Source: Escherichia coli
GTDB lineage: Bacteria > Pseudomonadota > Gammaproteobacteria > Enterobacterales > Enterobacteriaceae
Length of the DNA stretch: 64,000 bases
Direction: 5' to 3' (one strand)
Assembly: GCF_022846255.1 (NCBI RefSeq)
Contig: NZ_AP025682.1
A program made the translations under genes and the position numbers. Positions 1 to 10,253 of the stretch are shown here, piece by piece (positions within the stretch are counted from its first letter, which is position 1; every line of letters starts with the position of its first letter). The notes under the pieces were generated by a model. The model worked only from the letters and a program-made list of their open reading frames with translations, had not been told where the DNA came from and did not search any database.

Positions 1-792
1 AACCTGGACTGGTGGGAGCATTCCGAACGGCGTCAGCGGTTCAAACAGCTTCTGCGCGAACAGGAGCAGATCGATGCCGACGAGGTGATCATGTCGCCAC
101 AGCGGGCACGGGAGCGCGGCCTGACCTCAACGATCACTTTCCCGGTGGGCAATATTGCCCCGGAAGGGTCGGTTATCAAATCCACCGCCATCGATCCCTC
201 GGTGATTGATGATCGGGGCATCTATTACCATAAAGGCGTGGCGAAGGTTTATCTGTCCGAGAAAAGCGCGATTTACGATATCAAGCACGAGAAGATTAAA
301 GCGGGCGATATTCTGGTCATCATCGGCGTTGGCCCTTCCGGCACCGGGATGGAGGAAACCTACCAGGTCACCAGCGCCCTGAAACATCTGTCCTATGGCA
401 AGCATGTTTCACTGATCACCGATGCGCGTTTCTCGGGTGTTTCCACGGGAGCCTGTATCGGCCACACAGGGCCAGAAGCACTGGCCGGAGGGCCAATCGG
501 TAAATTACGCACCGGAGATATTATTGAAATTAAAATTGATTGTCGCGAGCTTCAGGGCGAAGTCAATTTCCTCGGAACCCGTAACGATGAAACATTACCC
601 TCACGGGAGGAGGCCACCGCAATATTAAACGCCCGACCCAGTCATCAGGATTTACTTCCTGATCCTGAACTGCCAGATGATACCCGACTCTGGGCGATGC
701 TCCAGGCGGTAAGCGGCGGGACATGGACGGGTTGTATTTATGATGTAAATAAAATCCGCACGGCCTTGCGCGATTATATGAATAAAAACTGA
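1..792 (+). CDS. Sugar-acid dehydratase, IlvD/EDD family, C-terminal part (5' end lies outside window)
   Basis: Frame 1 is open from base 1 to the stop at 792; translation has the IlvD/EDD C-terminal signature (RFSGVSTGACIGHTGPEALAGGPIGKLRTGDIIEIKID), resembling YjhG/YagF-type xylonate dehydratases. Confidence 0.75.
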   Translation, partial: NLDWWEHSERRQRFKQLLREQEQIDADEVIMSPQRARERGLTSTITFPVGNIAPEGSVIKSTAIDPSVIDDRGIYYHKGVAKVYLSEKSAIYDIKHEKIKAGDILVIIGVGPSGTGMEETYQVTSALKHLSYGKHVSLITDARFSGVSTGACIGHTGPEALAGGPIGKLRTGDIIEIKIDCRELQGEVNFLGTRNDETLPSREEATAILNARPSHQDLLPDPELPDDTRLWAMLQAVSGGTWTGCIYDVNKIRTALRDYMNKN

Positions 793-898
793 AAGCAAAA
801 ATAAAAATATCCAGACGCCTGAATTATCCGGTTACGCATTATTCATCCTGTGCGCAGCCGGATAATGACGGCTCGTTACCCTATAATGAGAGGACGTT

Positions 899-2248
899 AT
901 GCCACTAATTATCGTTGTGGCAGGGATTGCTTTACTCCTGCTTTTAACCATAAAAATTAAGCTTAATACGTTTGTTTCGTTAATTATTGTCTCGATTGCT
1001 GTCGCCATCGCCAGTGGTATGGATTTGAGTAAAGTCGTCACCTCAGTCGAATCCGGACTTGGCGGTACGCTGGGCCATATTGGTTTGATATTTGGCTTCG
1101 GTGTTATGCTCGGTCGCTTGCTGGCCGATGCGGGGGGGGCGCAGCGAATAGCGCTGACCATGCTGAATTATTTCGGGAAAAATAAACTTGACTGGGCAGT
1201 GGTCTGTTCGGCGTTTATTGTCGGTATCGCACTTTTTTTCGAAGTCGGTTTAATTCTTCTGGTACCTATTTTATTCGCTATTGCCCGTGAAGCAAAAATA
1301 TCACCGATGTTTATGTGTGTGCCGATGCTTTCCGGTTTGCTGGTCGCACACGGTTTTTTGCCGCCGCACCCCGGCCCGACAGTAATCGCCAGAGAATATG
1401 GTGCTGATGTAGGATTGGTACTGATATACGGTATCATTGTCGGCATTCCAACCTTTATTCTTTGCGGCCCGGTATTGAATAAATTCTGCCAGCGCATTAT
1501 TCCGGAAGCCTTTAAAAAAGAGGGGAATATAGCCTCTCTCGGCGCGACCCGCCGGTTCAGCGAAAGCGAAATGCCTGGCTTTGGGATCAGTTTTCTCACG
1601 GCAATGCTGCCGGTGATCCTGATGGCGGTTGTCACCATCATCCAGATGACTCATGCCAAAAGTGCCGCGGATTCAGGCTTATTCTACAACGTGCTACTGT
1701 TCTTAGGTAATTCGACGATCGCCATGCTGATTTCACTGCTGTTCGCGATCTATACCATGGGCCTGGGGCGCGGGAAAACAATCCCTGACCTGATGGATTC
1801 TTGCGGAAAAGCTATCGCGGGTATTGCCGGTCTGCTGCTGATTATCGGTGGTGGTGGTGCATTCAAGCAAGTTCTCATCGACTCTGGCGTTGGTCAGTAT
1901 ATTTCCACCCTGGTTTCGGGTATGGATATTAACCCGATCCTGATGGCCTGGGGCGTGGCCGCATTCCTGCGTATTTGTCTGGGTTCAGCCACCGTCGCGG
2001 CGATCTCTACCGCCGGTCTGGTCATCCCATTGTTGGCAGTACATCCCAATACCAACCTGGCCTTGATTACGCTGGCTACCGGTGCCGGATCCTGTATTTG
2101 TTCTCACGTTAACGATGCCAGTTTCTGGATGATTAAAGACTTTTTTGGCCTGACCACCAAAGAAACGCTGTTATCCTGGACGCTGATGTCCACACTCTTA
2201 TCCATCAGTGGGCTGATTTTTATTCTGCTCACCAGCTTAGTTTTATAA
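899..2248 (+). CDS. GntP-family (gluconate/sugar-acid:H+) permease
   Basis: 449-aa polytopic membrane protein with GntP-family sequence character; RBS-like GAGGA upstream of ATG. Confidence 0.85.
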   Translation: MPLIIVVAGIALLLLLTIKIKLNTFVSLIIVSIAVAIASGMDLSKVVTSVESGLGGTLGHIGLIFGFGVMLGRLLADAGGAQRIALTMLNYFGKNKLDWAVVCSAFIVGIALFFEVGLILLVPILFAIAREAKISPMFMCVPMLSGLLVAHGFLPPHPGPTVIAREYGADVGLVLIYGIIVGIPTFILCGPVLNKFCQRIIPEAFKKEGNIASLGATRRFSESEMPGFGISFLTAMLPVILMAVVTIIQMTHAKSAADSGLFYNVLLFLGNSTIAMLISLLFAIYTMGLGRGKTIPDLMDSCGKAIAGIAGLLLIIGGGGAFKQVLIDSGVGQYISTLVSGMDINPILMAWGVAAFLRICLGSATVAAISTAGLVIPLLAVHPNTNLALITLATGAGSCICSHVNDASFWMIKDFFGLTTKETLLSWTLMSTLLSISGLIFILLTSLVL

Positions 2249-2398
2249 TCGGGTTCTTGCCAGTGAGCCAACCTGTTGTTCACTGTCCCCCATAATTTAG
2301 TGAGTGACGGCAACCGTCTGCACGGTGACGAATCGCTGGCGATCAAAAAGGGGCGATATTGAACCGTCGATTATGCTTGTTGAGTGTACTCTCAGTAA

Positions 2399-2435
2399 TA
2401 CTGTAAAGCCGGAGCATGTCTCCGGCTTTACAGTA
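2399..2435. repeat. Perfect 16-bp inverted repeat with 5-nt loop (TACTGTAAAGCCGGAG-catgt-CTCCGGCTTTACAGTA)
   Basis: Read directly from sequence; lies between GntP gene and regulator gene; no T-tract on either side, so not a canonical intrinsic terminator. Confidence 0.6.
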
Positions 2436-2594
2436 TGGGGGAACAGCGGGCGATCGCTCAAATGGTATGCTGGTTTATTTCATGTAAAAGAATAAAATAT
2501 CTGTATAAAATCATGCCACTGGCAATCTGCATCAACTCTCCGGGTAAACAGGGTTAAGATGAGCATTTCCCCGGTTTAATACAGGTATACAAAA

Positions 2595-3581
2595 GTGGAT
2601 AGAGATCAAACAAACAGCAGCCTGTTCAATGATGATCCCGTGCTTCATGCAACATGGCTGTACTATCAGGAAGGCAAAAGCCAGACTGAAGTTGCAGCTA
2701 TCATGGGGGTGTCCCGCGTCACGGTTGTCAAATACCTGCAAACAGCCCGGGAAAATGGACTGGTTCATATCAACCTGGATGTGAATGTCTTTGGCTCTAT
2801 CGACGCTGCTTTGCAAATTCGCGATAAATTCAATCTCCTGAGAGTGATCATCGTGCCGGATGGCGAACATGCCGGAAAACGTGATGATACAAAGCTGATG
2901 CGGACTCGCCTTTCACGTGCCGGTGGCATGTATCTGAATCAGGTGATTGAGAATGGTGATGTGCTGGGGGTTGCCTGGGGAAGAACAATCCATCAGATGA
3001 GCAAAACCATGACGCCGAAGTCATGTAAAAATGTCACCGTTATACAGATGCTCGGTTCCATGCCATCTCAGCCAGACCTGACGATCATTGAATCCTCATC
3101 GCAAATCGCCTACAAGCTTTCAGGCCGTGTCGCTTCGCTGCACGTGCCCGCCGTGGTATCAAGCGCCAGACTGGCCATGGAGTTACAGGCAGAGCCTATT
3201 ATTCGATCGAATTTTGACGTTCTGACTCGCTGTACGAAAGCCTTTTTTGTCGTGGGTAACACGCTTGATGAAAATCCCCTGATTCGGGTGGGCGTGCTGA
3301 ATAAGAAGGAAATGCAGACGTATCGAGATTTAGGCGCAGTAGGTGTCATTTGTGGCCGCTTCTATGACAAGGAAGGGATGCCCGTCGTGGCTGATGTTGA
3401 CCAGCGTATTCTGGGAATCAGTCTGGCTCAGTTAAGGCAGATTGAACGGAAGATCTTTCTTGCTGGTGGCGAAAGAGGCTATGACGCAACGTTGGGTGCC
3501 CTGCTGGGAGGATATGTCACTGACCTGATTGTTGATGAAGGAACGGCAGAGTTTTTGCTGGCGTGTGAATTACCACACTAA
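2595..3581 (+). CDS. SorC/DeoR-family transcriptional regulator (N-terminal HTH, C-terminal sugar-phosphate-binding domain)
   Basis: 328 aa; HTH segment SQTEVAAIMGVSRVTVVKYLQTARENGLV followed by a SorC-type effector domain. Confidence 0.8.
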   Translation: MDRDQTNSSLFNDDPVLHATWLYYQEGKSQTEVAAIMGVSRVTVVKYLQTARENGLVHINLDVNVFGSIDAALQIRDKFNLLRVIIVPDGEHAGKRDDTKLMRTRLSRAGGMYLNQVIENGDVLGVAWGRTIHQMSKTMTPKSCKNVTVIQMLGSMPSQPDLTIIESSSQIAYKLSGRVASLHVPAVVSSARLAMELQAEPIIRSNFDVLTRCTKAFFVVGNTLDENPLIRVGVLNKKEMQTYRDLGAVGVICGRFYDKEGMPVVADVDQRILGISLAQLRQIERKIFLAGGERGYDATLGALLGGYVTDLIVDEGTAEFLLACELPH

Positions 3582-3591
3582 AAGAATGAAC

Positions 3592-3626
3592 TACTGCCCC
3601 ATGTGGATATGGGGCAGGATTTTATT
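3592..3626. terminator. Hairpin between convergent genes (candidate bidirectional terminator)
   Basis: CTGCCCCAT...ATGGGGCAG stem followed by GATTTTATTG; sits between the stop of the regulator (+) and the stop of the transporter (-). Confidence 0.5.
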
Positions 3627-4626
3627 GATTAGCGGCGATAATAAGAACAATACCCACAATGTATGAAATAAACATAGTCAGCAGCAGTTTATTGGTTCCG
3701 GCTGGCGCACTGGCAAATTCTCTCCAGATGAAGACTCCCCAGATCACGGCAATCATTGTGGCACCCTGTCCCAGACCGTAGGAAATGGCATAACCCGCCT
3801 GACCAGACGCAATCAAACTGAATGCCAGACCGACACACCAAATCATACCGCCCAGCCAGCCGCAAACATGATCCCGTAAACTCCCGGAAAAATACATTTT
3901 CCTGTTGACAGGTTCTCCTGAAATAGGCTTTTTCATGACCAGCGTGTTAAGGACAAAGTTCGACAAAAACAGCCCCACGGCAAACAGAACAAGTGCTGAG
4001 TACGGCGTCATCAGACCGCTGGCAGGCTGGCTGAAATTGTCAGACATGGAGTCCGCCAGGAAGCGGAAAAACCATCCCATGATGATACCCGCAAGAATGG
4101 CAGTGATGAGGCCTTTGTTACGGCGAGATTTATCCGCCTCCTGCGTGACACGGCCATAGGCTATCGCGGTAAAAATAATGGCGATCACAACGCAGGCGAC
4201 ACCGAGGAACAGAATGAGCGGATCGCCCTGCGGATTGCCGATATAGGTGGTGATCACACCCAGAGCCAGTGCCAGCCCCACCCCCACAGGAAAAGCTACC
4301 GCCATACCGGCAAGATTAATAGAAGCCACCAGAAGAATATTGGAAATATTGAAGATAATCCCTGCCAGTATTGCCGACATCAGACTACTGTTGCTCGCCT
4401 GCTGAATATCAGGTATAAAGCTGCGACCGGCTTCGCCCATAGAACCCAGAGTGAAGGCAAATAACAAAGAACACAGCAATAATCCAATTGAATAATCCCA
4501 ATAGAATAGAGGGAACTCCCATTTTTTATTACTGACAAGTTTAGTTGTATTCGCCCATGAACCCCAGCAAATCATAGTAATAAAACACATTATTATGGCG
4601 ACAGCATACGATTCCACGATAAACAT
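3622..4626 (-). CDS. Sugar transporter, DMT superfamily (GRP/RhaT/GlcU-like), about 10 TM helices
   Basis: 334-aa hydrophobic protein with two-half internal repeat architecture typical of RhaT/GlcU-type sugar permeases; last gene of the kinase-isomerase-aldolase operon. Confidence 0.7.
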   Translation of the reverse strand: MFIVESYAVAIIMCFITMICWGSWANTTKLVSNKKWEFPLFYWDYSIGLLLCSLLFAFTLGSMGEAGRSFIPDIQQASNSSLMSAILAGIIFNISNILLVASINLAGMAVAFPVGVGLALALGVITTYIGNPQGDPLILFLGVACVVIAIIFTAIAYGRVTQEADKSRRNKGLITAILAGIIMGWFFRFLADSMSDNFSQPASGLMTPYSALVLFAVGLFLSNFVLNTLVMKKPISGEPVNRKMYFSGSLRDHVCGWLGGMIWCVGLAFSLIASGQAGYAISYGLGQGATMIAVIWGVFIWREFASAPAGTNKLLLTMFISYIVGIVLIIAANQ

Positions 4627-4729
4627 AAATAACTCCTTGTGGTAGTTATAATCAATCGTTGTGGACAGAGGGCATAACAGCCATTCCTCGAATGGCTGTT
4701 ATATGTTATTAATTAAAATAAAGCTGTAA

Positions 4730-5371
4730 TTACGCTTTCAAACCATACGTTTTGAATTTTTCAAGAACGATGGTCATTTCGGCTTCAGACAGAACGGGAA
4801 CATCGTGATGTAATCCGCCACATTTGATGTATAAATCAGCCAGCGTCTCAGTTTCACCCGCCAGCCACAACGTCTTTTCCAGCGTGACGTCCATGGCCAG
4901 CATACCGTGGTGCTGCATCAGCAAGGACTTACTTTCTCTGATTCCTTGAGATACACTGTCGGCCAGTTCAGGGCTGCCAAAGGTATAATAGGGAATACAG
5001 GGAATATGATCCGTCCCCGATACCGCCACCATATAATGAATAGCCGGAATTGAATGATTATGTATTGCCACCGCCGTGGAATTCACCGCATGCGTATGTA
5101 TGACAGCATTCAATTCTGGTCTGGCTTTATAACACGCCAGATGAAATAGCCATTCACTTGATGGTATTTTACCCGCTTCAGGTATTCCCTTATCGTCTAC
5201 AAAGACAATCATGTCCGGCGTCATCTTTGAATAAGCGATCCCACTCGGTGTAATCAACATGCCACCGGTATATCTGGCACTCACATTACCTGATGTTCCT
5301 TGATTCAGACCTGACGCATTCATTTCCCGACAAATGGAAATGATATTTTCTGCTAACTTAATCCTTTCCAT
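4730..5371 (-). CDS. Class II (metal-dependent) aldolase, FucA/AraD fold; candidate 5-deoxyribulose-1-P / methylthioribulose-1-P aldolase
   Basis: 213 aa, class II aldolase/adducin-domain size and histidine-rich motifs (HTHAVNSTAVAIHNH); positioned downstream of the MtnA-like isomerase. Confidence 0.8.
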   Translation of the reverse strand: MERIKLAENIISICREMNASGLNQGTSGNVSARYTGGMLITPSGIAYSKMTPDMIVFVDDKGIPEAGKIPSSEWLFHLACYKARPELNAVIHTHAVNSTAVAIHNHSIPAIHYMVAVSGTDHIPCIPYYTFGSPELADSVSQGIRESKSLLMQHHGMLAMDVTLEKTLWLAGETETLADLYIKCGGLHHDVPVLSEAEMTIVLEKFKTYGLKA

Positions 5372-5401
5372 TACTGCTCCTTAACAGAAGTGATCGTCGT
5401 T

Positions 5402-6517
5402 TTAATGCAGCTCGTCCTGGAGTGCTTTACTCTTCAGGTCAGCAAACATATCCGCCAGAGCTGACTTACTGGCAGCACAGACTCCCCGTTCAGTAATGAG
5501 GCCGGTAATGTATCGGGCAGGCGTGACGTCGAAAGCGTAGTTCTCACAACGGGTTCCTTCAGGGGCGGTATTGACCCAGCTCAATTCTCCCTGAGTATTT
5601 ATCCCATAGACATGGGACTGCTCTTTTCCGTCACGTTGCTCAATCGGAATGGTTTTTCCGTCCTCGATAGTCCAGTCAATAGTGGGAGAAGGTAGCGCGA
5701 CGTAGAAGGGAACATGGTTATCATGGGCCGCCAGCGCCTTAAGATAGGTACCAATTTTATTACAGACATCCCCTCTGGCCGTGGTTCGATCGGTCCCCAC
5801 TATACAGAGATCAACGTCACCGTGTTGCATCAGGTGGCCACCCGCATTGTCGGCAATCAGGGTGTGAGGAATACCGTGTGAACCCAGTTCAAATGCCGTG
5901 AGTCCACCCTGATTACGTGGCCGCGTTTCATCCACCCAGACGTGAACAGGGATTCCGTTTTCATGCGCTTTATAGATGGGAGAAAGCGCGGTTCCCCAGT
6001 CTACGGTCGCCAGCCAGCCTGCGTTACAATGTGTCAGGATATTGACCACACTCCCGGCCGATTTTTTCTGGGCTATTTCGCGGATGACTTCTGCACCATG
6101 TAATCCAATTTGTTCGCACAACGCGACATCTTCCTCGGCAATTTCTGCCGCCAGCGCCCAGGCCACATCCTTGCGCTCTGATACACAGAGATCCTTCAGT
6201 GTGGCTATCATCCTGTCGAGAGCCCATTTGAGGTTAATTGCAGTTGGTCGGGTTTTGATAAGAAGGTCATAGTAACGCTGCAGACCTACGTCACTGGCAT
6301 TGTGGTTCATTCCCAGTGCGATACCATATGCCGCAACGACACCAATAAGCGGGGCGCCACGAACCCACATCTCCTGAATAGCCGCAGCGGCCATTTCCGC
6401 AGAGGTAAGCGCCACCACTTCAAACTTAAAAGGCAGCTTAGTCTGATCGATGATCTCTACCGCTTTTCCATCCCCGGAAACCCAGACCGTTCGGTAGTGT
6501 TTACCTTTAATATTCAT
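5402..6517 (-). CDS. mtnA: S-methyl-5-thioribose-1-phosphate isomerase family protein (eIF-2B alpha/beta/delta-like); candidate 5-deoxyribose-1-P isomerase
   Basis: 371 aa; translation shows MtnA/eIF-2B-type isomerase character; stop is 9 bp from the upstream kinase gene. Confidence 0.8.
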   Translation of the reverse strand: MNIKGKHYRTVWVSGDGKAVEIIDQTKLPFKFEVVALTSAEMAAAAIQEMWVRGAPLIGVVAAYGIALGMNHNASDVGLQRYYDLLIKTRPTAINLKWALDRMIATLKDLCVSERKDVAWALAAEIAEEDVALCEQIGLHGAEVIREIAQKKSAGSVVNILTHCNAGWLATVDWGTALSPIYKAHENGIPVHVWVDETRPRNQGGLTAFELGSHGIPHTLIADNAGGHLMQHGDVDLCIVGTDRTTARGDVCNKIGTYLKALAAHDNHVPFYVALPSPTIDWTIEDGKTIPIEQRDGKEQSHVYGINTQGELSWVNTAPEGTRCENYAFDVTPARYITGLITERGVCAASKSALADMFADLKSKALQDELH

Positions 6518-6526
6518 AATGACCTC

Positions 6527-7786
6527 TTACTTAACCTTCGCAGACTGGATGACGGAGTCCATATTTTTAAACTGGCGGGCATTGACAATAAGATCGCGCG
6601 CCATGGTCAATGCACGTCGTTCACATTCTGCGCGAAGCTCTGTATTTTCAATCTGTTTCAGCTCGGCAACGCCAGCAAAACCAATGATCCGGCGATTCAT
6701 TTCCATGCCGGCATTCACCAGGGAATCTTCAAGCAGCGTGGCAAAAAACTGATCCTGTGCGTCCTCAAGAGCGGCCCTGTTCTGTTGATACATTTCTGTC
6801 GGCCACGCGTCACCCTGTGTTTTGTTGTCCCAGAGCTGGCGGAACTCCCGGGTGAAAACTGACCAGGTGTGGACAATCTGCTGAAGTAGCCATTCCTGAT
6901 AGTCAGCGCGACGTTGCTCATTTGCATCCCACCCAGGGCGTGAGAAGAACGCCAGCAGGAGGTTGCCAATATAGTTGCCGATATCAAACGCCATTGGTCC
7001 CATGAAACCGAACTCCGGATCAATCACTTTGGTATCCGTGTCGGTCACCATGATTGAGCCTGAATGAAGGTCACCATGTAACAATGCCTGCGCTTCTGTC
7101 ATAAATTTGTACTTATAACGCATGGCAACCTGGAGCATCTCTACATCAGCCCAGGCCTTATGGACGGCATCGTCCAGCTCAGGAGAAGTCCAGTTATTCC
7201 GTTCCGCGTTGTAATAGGGCTCTGTGAAGATCAGATCTTCCGTAATTTTGCACAGCTCATGATTCAACGCGAACTCAGCAGTAAGCGCTTTTTTCTGTTC
7301 TGCTGACATGCCAATGTCAGACGTATTAAAGAGAGTCTGTGCTAAAAATCTGCCGATATCTTCAGCTAGCTTAGGGAATTTTTTACCGTTAATCAGTCCC
7401 TTACGCAGAATTACGTGAGGCGTCAAATACTCCATGGCAAACAGTGCCATTTCCGGGTCATAAAAATAGACCTGGGGAATCAGTGTGTGACCCGCGTACT
7501 TGGCTTCCTGACATAAGACGTTGTACTCAAAGCCCGCACGGCTCAGAGATAAAGGCCATCCTTCGCCCCCTGCACGAAGCCAGGGCAGAGCTTGTTTTAC
7601 AATGATGGTTTTATGTGTCCCCTTAACGATAAACACCATGTTCAGGTTTCCGTCCCCCACTTCTGAAACTTTCCACTCTTCTGGTAACCCTCCCGGTTCG
7701 CATGAAGGGGTCAGTCTGGACGAGAGATAACCAGGCAGCGTGTCACATGTCAGCGGCTTGTAACCTGATGGAATTGAATCCGTCAT
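6527..7786 (-). CDS. mtnK: Methylthioribose kinase family protein (MtnK-like); candidate 5-deoxyribose kinase
   Basis: 419 aa with the MtnK/aminoglycoside-kinase-fold catalytic motif HGDLHSGSIM and DPEFGFMGPMAFDIG; first gene of a kinase-isomerase-aldolase-transporter operon. Confidence 0.8.
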   Translation of the reverse strand: MTDSIPSGYKPLTCDTLPGYLSSRLTPSCEPGGLPEEWKVSEVGDGNLNMVFIVKGTHKTIIVKQALPWLRAGGEGWPLSLSRAGFEYNVLCQEAKYAGHTLIPQVYFYDPEMALFAMEYLTPHVILRKGLINGKKFPKLAEDIGRFLAQTLFNTSDIGMSAEQKKALTAEFALNHELCKITEDLIFTEPYYNAERNNWTSPELDDAVHKAWADVEMLQVAMRYKYKFMTEAQALLHGDLHSGSIMVTDTDTKVIDPEFGFMGPMAFDIGNYIGNLLLAFFSRPGWDANEQRRADYQEWLLQQIVHTWSVFTREFRQLWDNKTQGDAWPTEMYQQNRAALEDAQDQFFATLLEDSLVNAGMEMNRRIIGFAGVAELKQIENTELRAECERRALTMARDLIVNARQFKNMDSVIQSAKVK

Positions 7787-7810
7787 AACAGTTCTCCTTA
7801 TCTACACAGA

Positions 7811-7850
7811 ATGATAACTGACTTATCATATGGCAACTATACTTTATCAT
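7811..7850. promoter_or_regulatory. Candidate operator: palindrome ATGATAA-ctgac-TTATCAT plus a third TTATCAT half-site 13 bp away, 25-60 bp upstream of the mtnK-like start
   Basis: Read from sequence at 7811-7829 and 7843-7850, in AT-rich promoter region of the operon. Confidence 0.35.
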
Positions 7851-8291
7851 GTGTAAAGTAATTTGTGATGCATGTAGATTTTTTGAACTGGAGAAAATTA
7901 AAAATAATGTTGTATGGAGTCATGATCTTTACAGGAATTAGTAGGGTGCATTCCTGTTATTTATATAAAATTCATTGTATTACATAAAAATGACGGTGCT
8001 GCGCGGGGAATTGTCTCGGGCAATCTTAGACGAAAGGAAGTATTGAAGTGACAGAATAATCTACATTTTTTATACATGTGTATTTTTCTGTTGTCTTTTG
8101 TTTTTAGCGTATGGTGTTTTTATGCCGATGTCTAATAGACAGATAGATTCGAGGGCCAACAGCCCCATTATCATGATGGAGCAACAGAGGTGAGTCTAAC
8201 GTTTCCGTACTTCTTATCGATCGGCACTAACAATCCTTTGTGATAACGGTATTCCCACACAGAGAAACCCACGTACCTGAATAAAAAAAAG

Positions 8292-8720
8292 ATTACTGGT
8301 GTGGAAATGGGATTAACAGATTATGCCATCAAATCGGATGGTAATGAGGTCAATAATCCTCGTCATCTCATTAACGTCAACTGTAATCTGCGACGCAAAT
8401 TAGCCAGCATGATGAATAATAAACACAATCTGGCAAGAGCGTTAGGTGATGCTGATTGGCACGGCTTTATCAACAAACTGGAGTACAAGGCAGCCGAAAA
8501 AGGCGTTCATCTGGTAAAAATCGACCAGTAGTTTGTCTGTTCGAAAAGCTGCTATTGTTGTGGTTACAAAATGTTGCTTCAAAAACGGATCTGGCGATGC
8601 CCTGAATGCGGTGTTGAACATGACCGGGATATAAATGCGGCAATCAACATAAAACTTAAAGACATACAGGAATTAAAGGCGGCGGGCCCCGTCGTCTCTG
8701 TCTATGGAGGAGCTGCGTAA
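8292..8720 (+). pseudogene. IS200/IS605-family TnpB (RNA-guided nuclease) remnant: C-terminal fragment with internal frameshift/deletion
   Basis: Translation ITGVEMGLTDYAIKSDG...ARALGDADWHGFINKLEYKAAEKGVHLVKID matches the TnpB RuvC region; the zinc-finger segment RCPECGVEHDRDINAAINI follows in another frame; N-terminal ~200 aa absent. Confidence 0.6.
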
Positions 8721-8984
8721 ACCCGTCGTACAGACGGTTGCAGCCTGAAAAGTGGGAAGGCCTTGCCCGATTGGGCGGGGAGTAGTCACCCTTGGAGTCA
8801 TTTTTATCCGGTGTATTAATATGCTCCTAATAGTTAATCTGGTTATAATATTTTTTTTTTGATTATGATCACGAAAATATCTCGGTTTTTATTTGCAAAA
8901 CTTGAAACGTGAATCCAAAAAAGATAAATATTTGTCCGCAGTGACTTCTTTTCTGTTGAAAAGTTCAATCTAAAGGGCAAAAAA

Positions 8985-10097
8985 ATGAAAAAAATTACAG
9001 TGGCACTTTCTGTGGTTGCGGCATCTGTTCTGATGGCAATGTCTGCACAAGCGGCAGAAATCTATAACAAAGACGGTAACAAACTGGATCTGTACGGCAA
9101 AGTTAATGCAGAGCATTACTTCTCTTCTTCAGCTAGTGATGACGGGGATAAAACTTATGCTCGTATGGGTTTCAAAGGTGAAACTCAGATTAATGACCAG
9201 TTAACCGGTTTTGGTCAGTGGGAGTACGAATTTAAAGGTAACCGTACTGAAACTGAAGGTTCTGATAAAGATAAAACTCGTCTTGCGTTTGCAGGGCTTC
9301 GCTTTGGCGATTATGGTTCGCTCGACTATGGTCGCAACTACGGTGTAGCTTATGATGTTGGCGCTTGGACTGACGTGCTGCCGGAGTTTGGTGGAGATAC
9401 CTGGACTCAGACTGATGTATTTATGACCCAGCGTGCTACTGGCGTAGCGACCTATCGTAACAATGATTTCTTCGGCTTGGTTGATGGTCTGAACTTTGCT
9501 TTGCAGTATCAAGGTAAAAATGATAGTGCTGCAAAAGTGAATAACTGGAAAGGCCGTGACGAAGTTGAATCTAATGGTGATGGCTTTGGTCTGTCAGCTA
9601 CTTACGATTATGAGGGATTTGGCGTTGCTGCAACCTATGCAAAATCTGACCGTACTGATGGGCAGGTATCCTATGCTAAAGACAGCCCTCTGAATGCCTC
9701 TGGTAAAACTGCTGAAGTATGGGCTACGGGCCTGAAATATGATGCAAACAACATTTACCTGGCTGCAACTTATTCTGAAACTCAGAATATGACAGTCTTC
9801 GGTGATGACCATATCGCAAACAAAGCGAAAAACTTTGAAGCTGTTGCTCAATACCAGTTTGATTTCGGCTTGCGTCCGTCCATCGCTTACCTACACTCTC
9901 GCGGTGAAAATATTGGTGCGTTCGGTAACCAGGATCTAGTTGAATACATCGACGTAGGTGCGACTTATTACTTCAACAAAAATATGTCCGCTTTCGTTGA
10001 CTACAAGATCAACCTGATTGATGAAAGTGAATTTACCAAAGCATCTGAGGTTGCAACCGACAACATCGTTGCTGTTGGTATGACCTACCAATTCTAA
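8985..10097 (+). CDS. General bacterial porin, OmpC/OmpF/PhoE (GBP) family, divergent paralogue
   Basis: 370 aa; signal peptide ending [20 protein letters not shown], internal [25 protein letters not shown]-terminal YQF typical of 16-strand porins. Confidence 0.9.
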   Translation: MKKITVALSVVAASVLMAMSAQAAEIYNKDGNKLDLYGKVNAEHYFSSSASDDGDKTYARMGFKGETQINDQLTGFGQWEYEFKGNRTETEGSDKDKTRLAFAGLRFGDYGSLDYGRNYGVAYDVGAWTDVLPEFGGDTWTQTDVFMTQRATGVATYRNNDFFGLVDGLNFALQYQGKNDSAAKVNNWKGRDEVESNGDGFGLSATYDYEGFGVAATYAKSDRTDGQVSYAKDSPLNASGKTAEVWATGLKYDANNIYLAATYSETQNMTVFGDDHIANKAKNFEAVAQYQFDFGLRPSIAYLHSRGENIGAFGNQDLVEYIDVGATYYFNKNMSAFVDYKINLIDESEFTKASEVATDNIVAVGMTYQF

Positions 10098-10253
10098 TTT
10101 TGGTAGGTAAGAATATGCGGGAAGGGAGTGATGTCACTGCCCGCATATAGGTGGCACCCTCATGCCACCTTTGAAGAGGCAATTTTATTGCCTCTTCTCA
10201 ATTTAACTTCATGTTATTTATTACCCTTTTATTGATTTGAAACTCTATTGTTG

